NCBI GenBank assembly: GCA_026396175.1
Contig: JAPLXG010000004.1
Location: 1 to 54,643 of the forward strand
Length of the DNA stretch: 54,643 bases
Reading direction: 5' to 3'
Source: Candidatus Moraniibacteriota bacterium
GTDB taxonomy: Bacteria; Patescibacteriota; Minisyncoccia; Moranbacterales; UBA2206
Shown piece after piece: positions 1-8,547 of the stretch (position 1 is its first letter; each line of letters starts with the position of its first letter). The notes under the pieces are model-generated. The model did not search any database and was not told the origin of the DNA. It saw only the letters and a program-made list of their open reading frames with translations. A program made the translations under genes and the position numbers.

Positions 1-2
1 TG

Positions 3-141
3 CCCTCACCTGTCACGTGCTCGTGACATCCTCTCCCGAGGGGAGAAGAGGAGTTGAAGGGACTATTCCATAGCCTCACCTGTCACGAGTACGTGACATC
101 CCTGCCTACCGGCAGGCAGGCTCTCCCTAAGGGAGAGGAGG
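3..141. repeat. Two direct family B palindromic arms; the second carries a 20-bp family D insert at 101-120
   Basis: CCTCACCTGTCACG...CGTGACATCCTCTCCC(T/G)A(A/G)GG occurs twice; the same arm recurs at 34150, 34738, 38072 and 44129. Confidence 0.85.
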
Positions 142-152
142 GAATTTTTTTA

Positions 153-1523
153 TTATTTCATAAAATCTTTCCCCCTCAACTTCTTATGATATGTAATCGC
201 AAAACGATGCGCTTCGTCGCGCACGCGCTCGATAATTTCATCCGAAATTTCTGGCACACTGCCAAAGGCATAGCGGTCTAGTTTTTTGCGGGCGGGACCT
301 TTCGCCACTGCGAGGAGTGGAATTTCCAGATGAAAATTCTTGAGCACACGTCGCACCGCCGTGAGATGACCTTGTCCGCCGTCGAGTATAATCAGATCGG
401 GCTTGGGCCAACTATTGCCAAATCTGCGCCCCAACACTTCCGCCATCGACGCCGTGTCATTCGCACCTTCAATTGTTTTGATTTTAAATTTCCGATACTG
501 ACTCTTATTTTCTGTTAGCTCTCCCTGAGAATTATCAAAAACCACCATAGACCCAACACTAGAACGGCCAGAAATATTAGAAATATCATACCCTTCGACG
601 CGAAATATTTTTGAATTTGCATTTTTGTTATATGTTTCATGTTTCATGCTATATGACACGAGCGCAATATCCGCAATATGCTGCAACGCAAAAATAGCAT
701 TCCGCACTTTCCCCGCTCTTTCAAATTCCTGCTTTTCGCTATAAGCCGACATTTCTTTTTTCATTTTCGCAAGCAATGTTTTTTTCTTGCCCTCCAAAAT
801 CATCTTGATTCCCCGAATATTTTTAGCATAATCCTCTTTCGAAATCGCCCCAGCATACGGCCCCGGACAAAGCCCAATCTGAAAATCCAGGCACCCTTTT
901 TCGGTTTTTTGCGCCTTGGAATGATAGGGGGAAATCTTGCGCAAAATCTTGAGCGCTATCTCAATATTTTTCTTTGAGATATAGGGACCAAAAACCCTAT
1001 CGGGTTCAATTTTCAATTTTAAATTTTCTCCGCCAGCTGGCGGATTCAATTCGTTTGAAAATTTAGGAATTGGAAATTGGGTTTTGTTTAGAAATTGGAA
1101 ATTAGAAATTGGAACTTTGAGCAACTCTGTCTTACGTAAAATTACAATTCGCGGAAACAACTCTTTAGTAATAACAACGTAGCAGAATGACTTATCATCT
1201 TTCCCATCCACATTAAACTTCGGCTGCCACTTTTTGATCAAGTCCTGCTCCAAAATATATGCTTCCAAAACAGTTTCGGTTTTCCGAACTTCAATATCTA
1301 CAACTTGGTCTATGAACATTTCAATCGGCCGTTCCCCCATTCGCATATTCGCGTCATTCGCATCAATTCGCGTATTTGTATTAAATTGGAAATATGAAGA
1401 AACGCGATCCTTCAGAGACGTCGCTTTGCCCACATACAAAATAACCCCGGCATTATTTCGGAAAATATAGACCCCTGGAGAGGTTGGCAACTTTTTTAAT
1501 TTTTGCGCTAATTTGCTTGACAT
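153..1523 (-). CDS. uvrC: Excinuclease ABC subunit C, short form lacking the C-terminal HhH, with in-frame repeat-derived inserts
   Basis: N-terminal GIY-YIG (PGVYIF...LYVGKA), UVR motif (EFERAGKVRN), RNase H-like domain (EGYDISN, DLIILDGGQG, VRDEAHRFA). Confidence 0.95.
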   Translation of the reverse strand: MSSKLAQKLKKLPTSPGVYIFRNNAGVILYVGKATSLKDRVSSYFQFNTNTRIDANDANMRMGERPIEMFIDQVVDIEVRKTETVLEAYILEQDLIKKWQPKFNVDGKDDKSFCYVVITKELFPRIVILRKTELLKVPISNFQFLNKTQFPIPKFSNELNPPAGGENLKLKIEPDRVFGPYISKKNIEIALKILRKISPYHSKAQKTEKGCLDFQIGLCPGPYAGAISKEDYAKNIRGIKMILEGKKKTLLAKMKKEMSAYSEKQEFERAGKVRNAIFALQHIADIALVSYSMKHETYNKNANSKIFRVEGYDISNISGRSSVGSMVVFDNSQGELTENKSQYRKFKIKTIEGANDTASMAEVLGRRFGNSWPKPDLIILDGGQGHLTAVRRVLKNFHLEIPLLAVAKGPARKKLDRYAFGSVPEISDEIIERVRDEAHRFAITYHKKLRGKDFMK

Positions 1524-1589
1524 TTGCATAGATATAAGCTACATTACAATATCTTCTTTGACAATACAATTAACCAAATTGGAGGTTAT

Positions 1590-1772
1590 ATGGCAGAAAA
1601 AAAATTATTGCACGAATATCTTATCGTCATTAGCCGTGAAGGTGAACTAGAAGTTGTTCCCTTTGGAAATGAATACGCCATAAAAGAAATAGAGGCATAT
1701 TTTAATCGCGTTTCCGAACAATGGTCGGATGCATATTTATGTAAAGTTATCAGAGGACCGATTGAAATTTAG
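1590..1772 (+). CDS. Small hypothetical protein (60 aa)
   Basis: GGAGG lies 4 nt before ATG 1590; open frame. Confidence 0.6.
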   Translation: MAEKKLLHEYLIVISREGELEVVPFGNEYAIKEIEAYFNRVSEQWSDAYLCKVIRGPIEI

Positions 1773-1870
1773 ACAGCAATTTTCTTTGACAATAACGCAC
1801 AACCAAAAAGGAGGCACAGGCGAGAGGAAGCTTTCATAGAAACGACCCGCAATGGCAAAGAGACAGGGTC

Positions 1871-1942
1871 ATGGTGCTTTATCGTATTGCACCGATTGTT
1901 TTTCTAATCATTTTCACTATCGCATTTTTCTGCGATAAATAA
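1871..1942 (+). CDS. Possible small hydrophobic peptide MVLYRIAPIVFLIIFTIAFFCDK; the frame is open back to GCG 1820, just after AGGAGG
   Basis: Manual translation; SD at 1809-1814. Confidence 0.3.
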   Translation: MVLYRIAPIVFLIIFTIAFFCDK

Positions 1943-1962
1943 CCCAGATAAGGAGGTCAGGG

Positions 1963-2256
1963 ATGATTATCAATGGTACTTTTAAAACAATACACGGAAA
2001 GAATACAACGATTGAAAGCGGAGATTGCATGAACTATGACCGTGCCGAAAAAGCGATTGGCTTTTTCCGCAAGGACAGACTCATGCAATTAAACAACTCG
2101 CGCAATGTTTCATTGCCACTCGAGCTCGAAACAGATCGCGTGGCTTTTAAGAACATGGCGCTGGTAATGGCCACACTTTCCGGCCTAAGTGTTGAGGTTG
2201 ACTGCTCAAACGAGCATGTCTTCTTGGCCAATTTTTTTAACAATCGAGGAAGTTAA
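1963..2256 (+). CDS. Hypothetical protein (97 aa)
   Basis: AAGGAGGT SD; followed by a hairpin and T-run at about 2270-2312. Confidence 0.65.
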   Translation: MIINGTFKTIHGKNTTIESGDCMNYDRAEKAIGFFRKDRLMQLNNSRNVSLPLELETDRVAFKNMALVMATLSGLSVEVDCSNEHVFLANFFNNRGS

Positions 2257-2335
2257 AGACTTCACATCTCCGACCATGCAATGTTATTTTTTCCTTGCTG
2301 GTCGGTTTTTTTATTTTCCCAAAAACCTCCTCCCT

Positions 2336-2456
2336 TGTCATTCCCGCGCAGGCGGGAATCTAGTCTAAAAACTAAATTAACTAGACTGACCCAATGCTTG
2401 GATTAACTATTTTAACAAAAAATTTACACTGGATCCCCGCCTCCGCGGTGATGACA
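2336..2456. mobile_element. Family A empty element (REPIN/MITE-like, 121 bp)
   Basis: TGTCATTCCCGCGCAGGCGGGAATCTAGT ... ACTGGATCCCCGCCTCCGCGGTGATGACA. Confidence 0.8.
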
Positions 2457-2510
2457 TAAAAGGAAGGTTTTTATCTTGAAATTTGCATTTTACATTATAC
2501 ATAATACATT

Positions 2511-5500
2511 CTACTTCCTACTTAATACTTCTTTTAGGTATTTCCCCGTCCAACTCTCCTTATGCCACTTCGCAACTTCTTCCGGCGTGCCGGAAACGAT
2601 TACTTTCCCGCCCTCTTTCCCACCTTCCGGTCCCAGATCAATAATCCAATCGGCGGTTTTGATTACGTCTAGGTTATGCTCGATTACAATCACAGTATTA
2701 CCCGCATCAACTAAGCGATTGAGAATTCCCAATAATTTTTTGATATCATCAAAATGCAAGCCTGTCGTTGGTTCGTCTAAAATATATAAAGTATCCCCTG
2801 TCGCCCGGCGAGACAGTTCAGTGGAAAGCTTGATTCGTTGCGCTTCTCCGCCGGAGAGTGTCGTGGCGGATTGGCCGAGTTGAATGTAGCCCAAGCCGAC
2901 ATCTTCCAAGACTTTGAGTTTGTCGGCAATGTCGTGAAAATTGGCGAAAAATTCGCGCGCTTCGGAAATGGTCATCGCCAAGACATCGGCAATGTTTTTA
3001 TCGCGATATTTTACTTTGAGCGTTTCGCTGTTGTAGCGTTTCCCAGAGCAAACATCGCACGGCAAATAGACATCCGGCATAAATTGCATTTCAATTTTGT
3101 TGTATCCATCGCCTTCGCAATTATCGCATCTTCCCCCACGAACATTAAAGGAAAATCTTCCCGGCGAATAGCCTTTCGCTTTGGCATCGCGCGTCTCAGC
3201 AAACAGCTCGCGAATCGCCGTGAATAGTCCCGTGTAGGTCGCCGGATTAGATCTGGGTGTGCGACCAATCGGTGACTGATCAATCATAATCACTTTGTTG
3301 AGATAGTGATCACCCACAATTTCGCTGTGCTTGCCCGGCCGTTCCAGCGAACGCATAATCTTAGCTGAAAGAGCTTTATATAATATATCTTCAACCAGAG
3401 TTGATTTGCCTGAACCAGATACACCAGTCACGCAGGTCAAAACTTTGAGTGGAAACGACACAGTAATGTTTTGCAAATTATGCTCGCGCGCTCCGCGCAC
3501 CACGAGTGTTTTTTTATTTTTGAGCGATCGCCGAAAAGCCGGAATTTCAATCTGCATTTCCCCTCGCAAATATTTCGCGGTGAGGGAATTTTTGCTTTTC
3601 ATCACTTCTTCGGGCGACCCTTGCGCCACAATTTCTCCGCCGTGTTTTCCCGCACCCGGCCCAATGTCCACGAGATAATCCGCCGCACGCATTGTTTCTT
3701 CGTCGTGCTCCACAACAATTAAAGTATTGCCGACATCTCTGAGTTGCAAAAGTGTGGCAAGCAATTTTGCGTTATCGCGCGCATGAAGTCCAATTGATGG
3801 TTCGTCAAGAATATAGAGCACGCCGACCAGTTGCGAACCAATTTGGGATGCCAAGCGGATGCGTTGGGATTCACCGCCGGCTAGAGTGTTCGCGGCGCGA
3901 CCAAGCGAAAGATACCCAAGACCGACGTCTTGCAAAAAGCCCAAACGGTTTTGAATTTCTTTGAGGATCCGACTGGCAATTAATTCTTCGCGCTTACTCA
4001 AATTTATTTTTTGAAAAAAATCCAAAGTTTCTCGCACGCTAACATTGGAAACTTCCTGGATGTTTTTATTTCCCACGGTTACGAGTAGCACCTCTTTTTT
4101 ATAGCGTGAACCTAGACAAGTCGAGCAGGGATTTTGCGACATATATTTTTCAATATCTGTGCGCACGCCTTCTGAATCTGTTTTGAGATAGCGATCTTGC
4201 AAATAGCCGACCACTCCCCGCCAACGCATATTATATTTCCAACTTGATCCAGTTTTGCTCCGCAAAGTCACCGGAATTTCGTCCGCCTCTTCTTCGGCAA
4301 TCATATCCTGGGCTTCCGGTCTGCCATAAAGCAAAGTATTAAAGTCATCGTCAGATAAATCCCGCAGCCGCACATTATCGCGGATATGATAGAAATTCGT
4401 CACAGCGCGCAAAATCGTCCCCTGCCAATTATTTTTCTTGTAACTCCACGGCATAATTCCGCCTTCAGCGATAGTTTTATTCATATCCGGCACAACCAAA
4501 TCTGGATCAATCTCTTTTTTCACGCCCAAACCTTCGCAAGATGGGCAAGCACCAAAAGGACTATTGAAAGAAAACAAGCGTGGCTCCAGTTCGGGAAAAT
4601 CCACCTCATGCACCGGACAAGAAAAATTCTGATTAAAAATCATCCCGCTGTTTTCATTTTTTTCTCCATCTGTAGCACTGCTTGTTTTTTTATCCTTTTT
4701 GTCATTGGTATTTTGGGTTTTGGATTTGATTTGAAATTGGAAATTTGAAATTGGAAATTTTACCCTCACTATGCCCTTGGAAAGTTTCAGTGCTTGCTCT
4801 ACGCCTTCAAAAATCCGCGAAATATTCTCGGAATTAATTTCCACCTTGTCGACCAAAATATCAATATTATGTTTTTTGTAGCGCTCCAACTTCACCCGCG
4901 TCCCAATCTTTTCATCCAGCGTATATTTTTTTCCATTGACTACTGCGGTGGAAAAACCGCGCCGGAACATTTCCTCAAGGAGCGTCGAGTATTCACCTTT
5001 GCGCTCTCGCACAATCGGAGAAAAAATTTCAATCGCGCACCTAGACGCATTAAAATGCGTCTCTACATTATTTTTTACGTCACAAACATTCAAAATTCGA
5101 TCCACAATTTCATCTGTGGAAAGTTTCACGATTTCGTGACCGCAGATGGGACAATGCGCCACGCCGATTTTAGCATAGAGCAAACGCAAATAATCATGAA
5201 TTTCCGTCACCGTTCCCACAGTTGAACGCGGATTATGTGAAGCGGCTTTTTGATCAATCGAGATCGCCGGGCTTAGTCCTTCAATCGAATCAACTTCCGG
5301 CTTTCCCATTTGCCCCAAAAATTGCCGCGCATAGCTCGAGAGACTTTCGAGATATCTCCGTTGCCCTTCGGCAAAAATGGTATCAAAAGCCAGCGTACTC
5401 TTCCCTGAGCCGCTGATCCCGGTAAAAACAATAAATTTATTCCGCGGCAGGTCAAGGTTTACATTTTTCAAATTATGCTCTCTTGCACCGCGAATGATTA

Positions 5501-5513
5501 ATTCATCTTGCAT
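2511..5513 (-). CDS. uvrA: Excinuclease ABC subunit A
   Basis: Two ABC cassettes (GISGSGKS, GVSGSGKS, LSGGEAQR, DEPT), zinc fingers, 1000 aa. Confidence 0.98.
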   Translation of the reverse strand: MQDELIIRGAREHNLKNVNLDLPRNKFIVFTGISGSGKSTLAFDTIFAEGQRRYLESLSSYARQFLGQMGKPEVDSIEGLSPAISIDQKAASHNPRSTVGTVTEIHDYLRLLYAKIGVAHCPICGHEIVKLSTDEIVDRILNVCDVKNNVETHFNASRCAIEIFSPIVRERKGEYSTLLEEMFRRGFSTAVVNGKKYTLDEKIGTRVKLERYKKHNIDILVDKVEINSENISRIFEGVEQALKLSKGIVRVKFPISNFQFQIKSKTQNTNDKKDKKTSSATDGEKNENSGMIFNQNFSCPVHEVDFPELEPRLFSFNSPFGACPSCEGLGVKKEIDPDLVVPDMNKTIAEGGIMPWSYKKNNWQGTILRAVTNFYHIRDNVRLRDLSDDDFNTLLYGRPEAQDMIAEEEADEIPVTLRSKTGSSWKYNMRWRGVVGYLQDRYLKTDSEGVRTDIEKYMSQNPCSTCLGSRYKKEVLLVTVGNKNIQEVSNVSVRETLDFFQKINLSKREELIASRILKEIQNRLGFLQDVGLGYLSLGRAANTLAGGESQRIRLASQIGSQLVGVLYILDEPSIGLHARDNAKLLATLLQLRDVGNTLIVVEHDEETMRAADYLVDIGPGAGKHGGEIVAQGSPEEVMKSKNSLTAKYLRGEMQIEIPAFRRSLKNKKTLVVRGAREHNLQNITVSFPLKVLTCVTGVSGSGKSTLVEDILYKALSAKIMRSLERPGKHSEIVGDHYLNKVIMIDQSPIGRTPRSNPATYTGLFTAIRELFAETRDAKAKGYSPGRFSFNVRGGRCDNCEGDGYNKIEMQFMPDVYLPCDVCSGKRYNSETLKVKYRDKNIADVLAMTISEAREFFANFHDIADKLKVLEDVGLGYIQLGQSATTLSGGEAQRIKLSTELSRRATGDTLYILDEPTTGLHFDDIKKLLGILNRLVDAGNTVIVIEHNLDVIKTADWIIDLGPEGGKEGGKVIVSGTPEEVAKWHKESWTGKYLKEVLSRK

Positions 5514-5523
5514 AATAATACAC

Positions 5524-5713
5524 TGTCATTCCCGCAAAGGCGGGAATCCAGGTTCCACTAGTTATAAACTCTCGAAAATCGAATTGAGAATTCTCTAGCT
5601 TTATGTTTCAGTTAGCTTACTGCTTAATTAATTCGTATTATTTATTATCTATAGCCCGAGGTGCCTGGATCCCCGCCGGAGTTTATACTCGTGAAACGGG
5701 TGCGGGGATGACA
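5524..5713. mobile_element. Family A empty element (190 bp) with a secondary insert in its right arm, immediately upstream of uvrA
   Basis: TGTCATTCCCGCAAAGGCGGGAATCCAGG ... CCTGGATCCCCGCC[GGAGTTTATACTCGTGAAACGGG]TGCGGGGATGACA. Confidence 0.8.
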
Positions 5714-5785
5714 CAAAAAATTTAGTATAGTTTAGTTTAAAACTTTTTGACTTTTCCTGCAAGCCAATGACTTAGATAAAATAAT

Positions 5786-5815
5786 AGCCGGCTTCAGATC
5801 GCTGAAGTCGGCTAA
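5786..5815 (-). terminator. Hairpin downstream of the small-ORF operon
   Basis: TAGCCGGCTTCAG-ATCG-CTGAAGTCGGCTA. Confidence 0.5.
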
Positions 5816-5839
5816 AGTCCTGGTACCGCTGGGACTGGA

Positions 5840-6025
5840 TTAATAAAAAATTACAACATTCCCTGATTCGAGAGAGATGTCTTTTTTTACCCCTTTGTTA
5901 AGATCAAATGAGTTGGATCCGAGTTCAACTGTTTTCGAGCTTGCAACTGAGGCTGGATCATATCTGTATACTTTCTCGATAAACTCACCGAGAGTTTTCG
6001 AGTCTACAACTGGAAATTCCGGCAT
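5840..6025 (-). CDS. Small protein, possibly ThiS/MoaD-like beta-grasp fold
   Basis: AAAAGGAG SD; TLGEFIE...ISLESGNVVIFY pattern. Confidence 0.55.
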   Translation of the reverse strand: MPEFPVVDSKTLGEFIEKVYRYDPASVASSKTVELGSNSFDLNKGVKKDISLESGNVVIFY

Positions 6026-6040
6026 ATCTTATCTCCTTTT

Positions 6041-6286
6041 TTAATCGAAAAAACCAATTCCCCCGATGGGTCGACAATCAAGCTTGAGTGCAACGATGGC
6101 ACCCTCTCCAACAGGAACGCTTCCGAGATCTTCCTGGCAGGGAACATATACCTCCTTGCCACCACTTCCAAAGTTGTTGATGACCTCAATAGTGGTGACT
6201 TTTTCCATCATATCAGGATCGGAAATACCTACGCCCTGGACAATTGCTCCCAATGTTGTGGGGACTTCAATCTTTTTTTTAAGCAT
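6041..6286 (-). CDS. Small protein, possibly ThiS/MoaD-like beta-grasp fold
   Basis: GAGGAGG SD before ATG 6286; PTTLGAIV...VGEGAIVAL. Confidence 0.55.
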   Translation of the reverse strand: MLKKKIEVPTTLGAIVQGVGISDPDMMEKVTTIEVINNFGSGGKEVYVPCQEDLGSVPVGEGAIVALKLDCRPIGGIGFFD

Positions 6287-6320
6287 ACATCCTCCTCTTG
6301 GAAAAAGTTGAAAAACAATC

Positions 6321-6565
6321 TCACGCATCGGAAAGAATCCCCGACCAGTAAACTTTACTGTCCAGGAAAATAGTCACAGACTCTCCTGTGACCAACAAAA
6401 CATTCTTGGCAATTTCCGAATAAATATGCCGCAAATGCCTTGGTCCGACAACCACCCTCCTGATGTTATCCGGTGAAATCTTATTTTTCTCCAACAATTC
6501 GAGCAAGTTTCTCGATTTGTGGATCGCTACTGCTCTGGTAAAGCATAACTATCAAATATGCTCAT
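6321..6565 (-). CDS. Small ThiS-like protein; the SD-led ATG at 6565 is out of frame by 1 nt (frameshift near 6541)
   Basis: NLLELLEKNKISPDNIRRVVVG...LVTGESVTIF; AAGAGGGGG before ATG 6565. Confidence 0.45.
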
Positions 6566-6737
6566 GATACCCCCTCTTTTTCCTGAATTGACAAAAAACA
6601 AAAACTACTCCAGCCTCTATCCATATAATAAGCCAGTATGTCGCAAAAACCCAATTTTGTCAAGCTAACTATCACGCCCTTGACACGAAGCATTAAAACT
6701 GCTATATTTAGCGTAGAATTACTACGAAAAGATCCCC

Positions 6738-7259
6738 TTAAGGTTCCGTCCTTCTGGGGCGCTTTTTATTTTTATACCCCAATTTATCTTTTAACTCATT
6801 AAGAAAAGCAAGTCTATTCCGAGCCGTTTTCTTTATGAGCGCTGAATAATTATGCATATCCGGAATTAACACTTTTTCTAATTTGTCATTTTCTAATAAA
6901 TATTTAATCAAACAATAAAAATCACCATCGCCTGTCACAATAACCGCTTTCTCATATTCCCGATAATCAATCATTGACTGTAGGACGAGTTCCGCATCGC
7001 AATTACCCTTTATTCTGCCATCCTTATTTTTTAATGTTGGCTTAAAAACTATTATGTAGCCATTTTTCTGTAAAGAATTATACAGATTTTGATTTTCCGG
7101 AACATACCCTATAAATATGTAGGCTATTTTTACTTTATACTTTTCTTTCAGATAAACTCTAAATTTGAAAAAATCCAACTTCCAGCCCAAACGTTGAATT
7201 GATAAATTCAAATTCTGGCTATCGATAAACGCATAGTTTTTTACCTCTTTATTTTGCAT
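6738..7259 (-). CDS. NYN/LabA-like PIN-fold protein
   Basis: AFIDSQNL, KGNCDAELV and VTGDGDF motifs. Confidence 0.9.
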   Translation of the reverse strand: MQNKEVKNYAFIDSQNLNLSIQRLGWKLDFFKFRVYLKEKYKVKIAYIFIGYVPENQNLYNSLQKNGYIIVFKPTLKNKDGRIKGNCDAELVLQSMIDYREYEKAVIVTGDGDFYCLIKYLLENDKLEKVLIPDMHNYSALIKKTARNRLAFLNELKDKLGYKNKKRPRRTEP

Positions 7260-7272
7260 ACTTTTTGTTTTC

Positions 7273-7932
7273 TTATAAACTCACATATTTCACCGGCAAA
7301 ACTTTGCGGAAAATTCCGGCGAAAATGAATGAGTCGGATTTGTGGATGAAGATTGGTTGATGGATCGGATTGGTTGATTTGGGAAAAAGGCCAATCACAT
7401 CTTCGCTGACTTTTTTGTAGCGCTTGATGGTTGCCATTCCATTCACTACCGCAACAACAATTTTGCCTTCCAACTCTTCCTGCTGTTCATATTTTTCAAA
7501 AATGACATAATCGCCGTCGTTGATTTTTTCTTTGTCCATTGAATCGCCGAGAGCCTTCACCGCAAAAAGTAGCGACTCGTCTTTGTCGCGAAAAAGGGCT
7601 TTAGAAATTTGCAAAAAGCCATCGACATTATCCTGCGCATAGGCCAGCGCTTCGCCGCAAGACGCCAAGCCATAGACTGGAACAGAGAAGATATTTTTGA
7701 AATTAGTATAATTCTTATTTTCCACCAGATAAATTTTCTTTTTCTTGTCGCGCTTGATCAAATCTTTTTTCTCCAACGATTCAATCACTTGCATCACCGA
7801 TTTCAAACTGTCTCTCCCGCCTTGGGACTCTAAAAATTTTTGCAAACGATAACTAGTGGGGTTTTCTTTCCCCTGACTAATTAGTTCTCGAATTGATTCG
7901 AGAATGTTTTGTTGTTTGGCCGTTAGAAGCAT
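7273..7932 (-). CDS. lexA: LexA-family repressor (wHTH plus S24 peptidase)
   Basis: LTAKQQNILE N-terminus, ASCG cleavage loop, GDSM serine, ATIKR lysine. Confidence 0.85.
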   Translation of the reverse strand: MLLTAKQQNILESIRELISQGKENPTSYRLQKFLESQGGRDSLKSVMQVIESLEKKDLIKRDKKKKIYLVENKNYTNFKNIFSVPVYGLASCGEALAYAQDNVDGFLQISKALFRDKDESLLFAVKALGDSMDKEKINDGDYVIFEKYEQQEELEGKIVVAVVNGMATIKRYKKVSEDVIGLFPKSTNPIHQPIFIHKSDSFIFAGIFRKVLPVKYVSL

Positions 7933-7940
7933 AATTTTGT

Positions 7941-8076
7941 TTTATCCCCCACCACTTTTCCGCTTATAAATTACCACGACTCTATTAGCTACATATTACA
8001 CGGCGCTATCAGCAGCAATTCAATAAGCTTTTTTAATTGCGCACAAAGTGCGAGCGGAAAAGTGGTGGGGGATGAA
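7941..8076. repeat. Family C element (136 bp) in the lexA 5' leader
   Basis: TTTATCCCCCACCACTTTTCCGCT ... AGCGGAAAAGTGGTGGGGGATGAA. Confidence 0.85.
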
Positions 8077-8087
8077 TTTAATTAATT

Positions 8088-8125
8088 ACAGTGTTATTTT
8101 ACCATTGATAGCCTAACACTGTCAA
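8088..8125 (-). promoter_or_regulatory. Putative lexA sigma70 promoter overlapped by a 9-bp inverted repeat (candidate operator)
   Basis: Minus strand TTGACA-N18-TAAAAT; ACAGTGTTA (8088-8096) and TAACACTGT (8114-8122). Confidence 0.55.
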
Positions 8126-8208
8126 GTAGCTACTCTCAAGAAAAAACAAGGCCAGTCGCGAGAGTCTCGAAACTGGCTGTTTGTGGCAAAACTATCCTGG
8201 ATCGGTTC

Positions 8209-8403
8209 CTAATAAAACACCACTCGATCCTTCTCGGAAAGGAGCAGCTCTTCAGAATCCTGTAAATTAAATATACCCTTTTTGATAATGCCAACCATAT
8301 GAGCATTATCAAAAAGACCCGGATACAGCTCTTTGACATGTGTCCAAAGCTGTCCAACAGTATTGAAACCGTCGGCACCAAATTCATTGTCTCTTTTGAT
8401 CAT
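8209..8403 (-). CDS. Small protein, possibly MoaD-like beta-grasp fold
   Basis: AAGGAGGG SD; TVGQLWTHVKELYPGL...LSEKDRVVFY. Confidence 0.6.
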   Translation of the reverse strand: MIKRDNEFGADGFNTVGQLWTHVKELYPGLFDNAHMVGIIKKGIFNLQDSEELLLSEKDRVVFY

Positions 8404-8547
8404 GACTTCCCTCCTTTTAATGTAGCGGCTTCTATTTGCCTAGCTAAACACTAATTCAACTAATTGCCTTTGTCAAATATCAACCAAAAAAACAGAACCA
8501 AGAAACTAATCTCGGTTCTGCTAAATTCTCTTTTTTTTCCGACAAAA

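Noticed and set aside
54-281. ORFs containing LPTGRQA-type peptides (54-281, 32772-32966, 33832-34218, 36336-36626, 46789-47085)
   Set aside because: They are translations of palindromic repeats and/or overlap real genes on the opposite strand.
2476-5598. Numerous + strand ORFs opposite uvrA (likewise opposite uvrB, rnj and the fibre gene)
   Set aside because: Antisense shadow frames with no recognisable motifs.
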